Part shown: piece by piece, positions 60,701 to 64,000 of the stretch
Layout: each line of letters starts with the position of its first letter
Position numbering within the stretch: position 1 is the first letter of the stretch
NCBI GenBank assembly: GCA_027320085.1
Contig: DAHVLZ010000009.1
Span: 1 to 64,000 of the forward strand
Direction of reading: 5' to 3'
From: Pseudomonadota bacterium
GTDB lineage: Bacteria; Pseudomonadota; Gammaproteobacteria; JAKAQQ01
Length of the DNA: 64,000 nucleotides
Notes under the pieces: model-generated
Databases searched by the model: none
Seen by the model: only the letters and a program-made list of their open reading frames with translations
Told to the model about the DNA's origin: nothing
Program-made: the position numbers and the translations under genes

Positions 60701-62623
60701 CTCGGCGTCGACCCGGACCGGGAACCGGTCACCGTCGTCGGTATTGGTGACCTTTCCGGGGATGTCTTTGGAAACGGCCTATTGCTGTCCCGACACCTCA
60801 AGCTGATCGGGGCCTTCAACCACCAGCACATCTTTATCGACCCCAACCCCGATCCGACCACCAGTTTCGAGGAACGCCAACGCGTGTTCAACATGCCCCG
60901 TTCGAGCTGGGCCGATTACCGGAGTGACCTCCTTTCCACCGGAGGTGGAATCTACCCGCGTAGCGCAAAGTCCATCCGCTTGAGCCCCGAGGCGCGAGCC
61001 GTACTGGGAATTCAGGCGGTTTCCGTGACGCCGACCGAACTGATCCGTGCTTTACTGGCCGCGCCCGTGGATCTGCTCTGGAACGGGGGCATCGGCACCT
61101 ACGTCAAGGCCCAGTCGGAAACCCAGGCCGATGTGGGCGACCGAAGCAACGATGCCGTGCGCCTGAACGGTCGTGAAATCCGTGCCCGGGTCGTGGCCGA
61201 AGGTGGCAACCTGGGGTTCACCCAGCTCGGGCGTGTCGAGTACGCACTGAACGGCGGCCGGATCAACACCGACTTCATCGACAACTCGGCCGGTGTTGAC
61301 ACCTCGGATCACGAGGTCAATATCAAGATTCTGCTCAATGTAGCGGCTGAGGAACGCCGGGCCATTGTCCGCCACCGTGAGCGTCTTCTGCGTGAGATGA
61401 CGAACGACATCGCCGAGCATGTGCTTCACCACAACTACGAACAGGCTCAGGCTCTCTCGGTTCTCGAGTTCACCGCACCGCAAAGGCTCGATGAACATCG
61501 CTACCTCATCCGCAAACTTGAACAGCGACAGCTCTTGAACCCCACCCTGGAGGGACTCCCCCCGAGTGAGGTTCTGGCCCAGCGCCGCACCCTCCAGCGG
61601 GGCCTGACCCGTCCAGAGCTCGCCGTCCTCTTGGCCTACGGCAAGATCGCCCTTGCCCATGACCTTCAGGATTCCGATATCCACCAGGATCCCACACTCT
61701 CGCTCGAAATCGAACGTTACTTCCCCTCTGCACTCAGAAAGCGCTATACCCCTTTCATGCGGCGTCATCCACTGGCGCGGAATATTATTACCACCGAGAT
61801 CTCGAACCACCTCGTCAACCACATGGGACCTACCTTCGCGACCCGCCTCCAGGAAGAAACTGGCTCTACCGCAGCCGAGATCGTACGCGCCTTCGTCGTC
61901 AGCCAGACCGTCACCGGAACGGAAGCATTCTGTCGGGAGCTCGAAGCCCTGCCGGCCTCGGTTCCGCCGGTCACGAGTCTCGCGGCGTTCACGGCTAATA
62001 TCCGTCTGTTGCGCCACCTGACCCGATGGCTCTTGCTGAACCGGCGGTCTCCACTGGATGTCAGCGGCCTGATTTCCACCTTTGCGCCGGGAGTCAAAGC
62101 TTTCGAGGCCCTGCTTCCGGAATGCTTGTCCGAACCCCTCCGCAAATCTCATGATGACCGGATTCGCGAGTTCGTCGGGACTGGCCTGCCGGAATCCCTG
62201 GCGCAACAGCTGACCCACCGGTCTTATCTCTACCCGGTTTTTGACCTCGTCGAACTGGCCACCCAGCTAAAACAGCCCCTCTCCCGCATCCTGTCCTTCC
62301 ATTTCCGGGTGGGTGAGGCCTTGTCCCTCGACTGGCTGGATCAGGCCATCGAAAGGCTCAGTGTCCAGGACTCCTGGCAAGCGGAAGCGCGGATCAGCCT
62401 CCGGGAGGACCTCTGCCGGGAGCAACAGCGCATCACGGCCCAAATCCTGGAGTCGGAAGCCGAACAGCCGTTTGAAGCGGCCTTCGCGCACTGGTCCGGA
62501 AAGGCCACCGAGAACCTCGACCACTACCGGAAACTGGGAGAGGACATGCGGACCCATCCGACCCAGGATTACGCGATGCTGTCAATCGCGATCCAAAGCC
62601 TGCGCAAGCTCGCGGGAGCCTGA
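57797..62623 (+). CDS. gdhB: Large NAD-specific glutamate dehydrogenase
   Basis: DDMPFLVDS, ARGGIRWSDR.EDFRTEVLGL.KAQ.VKN, VVAADKGTATFSD, EGGNLG, DNSAGVDTSDHEVN. Confidence 0.96.
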   Translation: MRNHSHLSTPSAFLTRLANAIEKKSTTEPGPKDLRGVLELYFQSVTPDDLDLFSLEDWVSLFTEHWELGATRRPGETLLRLVNLPVRRHATQAYTVALTVNDDMPFLVDSMTLAGRQEGLGLHLTVHPVFMTGRNAKNRIEGISGLEAGSTDPRESWILVVFERIQGEERLARLEKRIRGNLSDVLRVRQDCAALRDRVGLLREEIIRWKPFLPEREVEEARDFLEWMTRDWFTFLGYRRYALHHDGDQLRLEPERETGLGILRTDADHTPEPKILAQRANEKALAQELLIITKTNAHSTVHRSGPIDYIGLRRFDAKGRVAGEDRILGLFSPLVFKCPPQEIPVVRLKREAVLRQSGLAPESHAGRHLRIIFDTLPLSELLEASIDQLAELTLGVLRLQERHLTRLFLRPDVFGRYLSCLIYLPRENYTARARERIEKILKEGLQGHSIESDLWISDSVLARLHATVHTETGRLSPKRLSSLEQEIQEASLSWNEKLKIALSDRLGEERGLPLFDRYRDSFPEVYRDDVKPRAAVYDLLEIEQLKPTQALRLSLYRPKHASPHSLRLKIFRLDQSLAISDTLPILESTGFRVVSERPYEVPAPNIGRVWIHDFELELPGPTDRALERREALEDLFLAIWNGLAANDSFNRLAINAELSWREIMLLRSISKYLIQTGIPFTPANMARALTSHPAITQLLVRWFHARFDPYRDPADRDPEAAACLESLKAELENVESSDDDRILRAYLGVLGAMVRTSFFQRPLRDPEGYRFLSYKLDSSRVPDLPLPRPLYEIFVYAPQVEGIHLRGGRIARGGIRWSDRSEDFRTEVLGLMKAQMVKNTVIVPVGAKGGFYIKQPPKDGNRDRLLEEAQRCYRTFIQGLLSLTDNIVAGQIQPPKRVVRYDEDDPYLVVAADKGTATFSDLANAIAADFHFWLGDAFASGGSVGYDHKKMGITARGVWESVRRHFRELGVDPDREPVTVVGIGDLSGDVFGNGLLLSRHLKLIGAFNHQHIFIDPNPDPTTSFEERQRVFNMPRSSWADYRSDLLSTGGGIYPRSAKSIRLSPEARAVLGIQAVSVTPTELIRALLAAPVDLLWNGGIGTYVKAQSETQADVGDRSNDAVRLNGREIRARVVAEGGNLGFTQLGRVEYALNGGRINTDFIDNSAGVDTSDHEVNIKILLNVAAEERRAIVRHRERLLREMTNDIAEHVLHHNYEQAQALSVLEFTAPQRLDEHRYLIRKLEQRQLLNPTLEGLPPSEVLAQRRTLQRGLTRPELAVLLAYGKIALAHDLQDSDIHQDPTLSLEIERYFPSALRKRYTPFMRRHPLARNIITTEISNHLVNHMGPTFATRLQEETGSTAAEIVRAFVVSQTVTGTEAFCRELEALPASVPPVTSLAAFTANIRLLRHLTRWLLLNRRSPLDVSGLISTFAPGVKAFEALLPECLSEPLRKSHDDRIREFVGTGLPESLAQQLTHRSYLYPVFDLVELATQLKQPLSRILSFHFRVGEALSLDWLDQAIERLSVQDSWQAEARISLREDLCREQQRITAQILESEAEQPFEAAFAHWSGKATENLDHYRKLGEDMRTHPTQDYAMLSIAIQSLRKLAGA

Positions 62624-62649
62624 CCGGAGCCGCCCGAACGGCCCCCCCT

Positions 62650-63513
62650 TCACCCGCCGGGACGCCCCCTCCGCAAGCGATGCCCGGCCGACCCCCCCTG
62701 GATGGGAGGAAGACGACGGTGCCGCAGGGCCGGCAACCGTTCACGGATCCCTTCCAGGCACTCCGAATCGTAGTGGCCGACAACCACGCCCGGCTCCAGG
62801 GCCCGTCGTTCCGCGATGACCTGGCCCCAAGGGTCGATCAGGCAACTGTGCCCGTAGGTCCTGCGCCCTCCCTCATGACGACCGACCTGTGCGCCCGCGA
62901 GTACATAGCACTGGTTCTCGATGGCCCGCGCACGCAATAGGGTCTTCCAGTGGGCCTGACCCGTGGGAACGGTAAAGGCCGCGGGAACCGTGAACAGGCA
63001 GGCACCCTCCGTCACGAGACAACGATACAGTTCAGGAAATCGCACGTCGTAACAAACCGAAAGCCCCACCGGAATTCCGGCGAGCGGAACCACCCGGGGA
63101 CTGTTGCCGGGACGGGTTCCCGTGGATTCACGGTACCGTTCGCCAGGACCCAGATCCATATCGAAGAGGTGCATCTTGTCGTATCGCCCCACCACTCTTC
63201 CGTTGGCGTCGAAGGCCAGGCTGGCCGCATAGACCCGGGTTCCGGACCGGATCGGAATCGTTCCCGCAACCACGGCGAGCCCGAGCCGGCGCGCCGTTCG
63301 CGCCAGATAATCCTGGATCGGCCCGCGTCCGGCCAGTTCCGCCCCCTCCCACCGCTCCGTGTCGGAGGTGGCCATGAGGGCAAAATTCTCGGGCAGGAGA
63401 GCGAGCGCGGCCCCCCGCTTGTGCGCCTCCGCAAGCAGGTGATCTGCTTGCTCGAGATTCGCGGCGATCGCCCGGCCGCTCCTCATCTGGATGGCAGCAA
63501 GGAGGACTTTCAC
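62650..63513 (-). CDS. Carbon-nitrogen hydrolase (Nit1-like)
   Basis: LPENF, YDKMHLFD, VCYDVRFPELY, LRARAIENQ (E-K-C triad); GTG start overlaps the upstream stop. Confidence 0.92.
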   Translation of the reverse strand: MKVLLAAIQMRSGRAIAANLEQADHLLAEAHKRGAALALLPENFALMATSDTERWEGAELAGRGPIQDYLARTARRLGLAVVAGTIPIRSGTRVYAASLAFDANGRVVGRYDKMHLFDMDLGPGERYRESTGTRPGNSPRVVPLAGIPVGLSVCYDVRFPELYRCLVTEGACLFTVPAAFTVPTGQAHWKTLLRARAIENQCYVLAGAQVGRHEGGRRTYGHSCLIDPWGQVIAERRALEPGVVVGHYDSECLEGIRERLPALRHRRLPPIQGGSAGHRLRRGRPGG

Positions 63514-63872
63514 GGTGGCGCTTCGAGTTCGATCCAGAGCCGGTTGCGATGGAAAGTGGCACGTGGACGGAGTACGAGATGGGTCCGGGGAACCCCCAAG
63601 GCCACAAGCCAGTCGGCCAGCTGGGCAGCCCAAAGACGGCCCCCCGGACCGACCGGATAAGCCAAAACCAGCGCGTCTCCCGGCGCTTCGATCCAGGCGG
63701 CGACCGCTTGTCTGACTGCTGGCCACTGGATCACCCGGCGGGCACGACGCACCCCGACCCACTGAGATCGGGGAAAGGAGAAACGTTCCCGGACATGGGC
63801 CGAAGCCGGCAGCGGCACCGCCCCCGCTAAAATCAGAACCAGCACGAAACAGAACCGCTTCCGGATGAACAT
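63510..63872 (-). CDS. Small exported hypothetical protein
   Basis: Signal peptide ending ASA; YP.G..G..WA..L.DWLVALG; coupled to both neighbours. Confidence 0.65.
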   Translation of the reverse strand: MFIRKRFCFVLVLILAGAVPLPASAHVRERFSFPRSQWVGVRRARRVIQWPAVRQAVAAWIEAPGDALVLAYPVGPGGRLWAAQLADWLVALGVPRTHLVLRPRATFHRNRLWIELEAPP

Positions 63873-63879
63873 GACCGGT

Positions 63880-64000
63880 CTACCCGGGTTTTTTCACAAA
63901 ACCGAGCACATGGGCCCGGGCAGCACTGATCTGGTGGATACGCGGGTTCCGCCAGGGTCCCGTGACGTGATAGTAGGTTTCACTCATGCTTTCGATCACA
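63880..64000 (-). CDS. yhdP: C-terminus of a YhdP/AsmA-like protein (partial)
   Basis: ...SETYYHVTGPWRNPRIHQI...*; yhdP normally precedes the Nit1-like gene. Confidence 0.65.
   Translation of the reverse strand, partial: VIESMSETYYHVTGPWRNPRIHQISAARAHVLGFVKKPG

Noticed and set aside
1-64000. CRISPR arrays, rRNA, prophage or defence operons
   Set aside because: No regularly spaced repeats or such genes were seen

Overview
GC-rich, very compact chromosomal window, probably from a gammaproteobacterium (inferred from the pilSR-sucCD-nadE-bamD-rluD-pgeF and rplM-rpsI-tRNA-Gln gene orders). Bases 1-2410 are IS debris at the 3' end of tRNA-Gln: an internally deleted IS66-type element carrying a DNA adenine methyltransferase, and a frameshifted IS30. 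The rest is mostly metabolic: a split hut cluster containing a Sel1/2OG-Fe(II) oxygenase fusion, purL, aspS, an ArgR-controlled arginine operon, sucCD, pilSR, a Trp/Tyr catabolic operon ending in a full-length but motif-degenerate FadE homologue, a 2-oxoacid dehydrogenase E1/E2 operon, a multi-GAF/GGDEF/EAL/CZB-like sensor, radC, a large NAD-glutamate dehydrogenase, a nitrilase-family gene and the end of yhdP. The best candidate for a new system is the arginine operon argD-argF'-argB-argH-argG-X-argC. It has no argA, argJ or argE. Its ArgF' has Val at the acetyl/succinyl specificity position, which predicts succinylated intermediates. A translationally coupled DUF1611-like P-loop protein (X) is the only unassigned gene, making it a candidate non-GNAT N-acylglutamate synthase or transacylase. 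All assignments come from motif recognition by eye; no searches were run.
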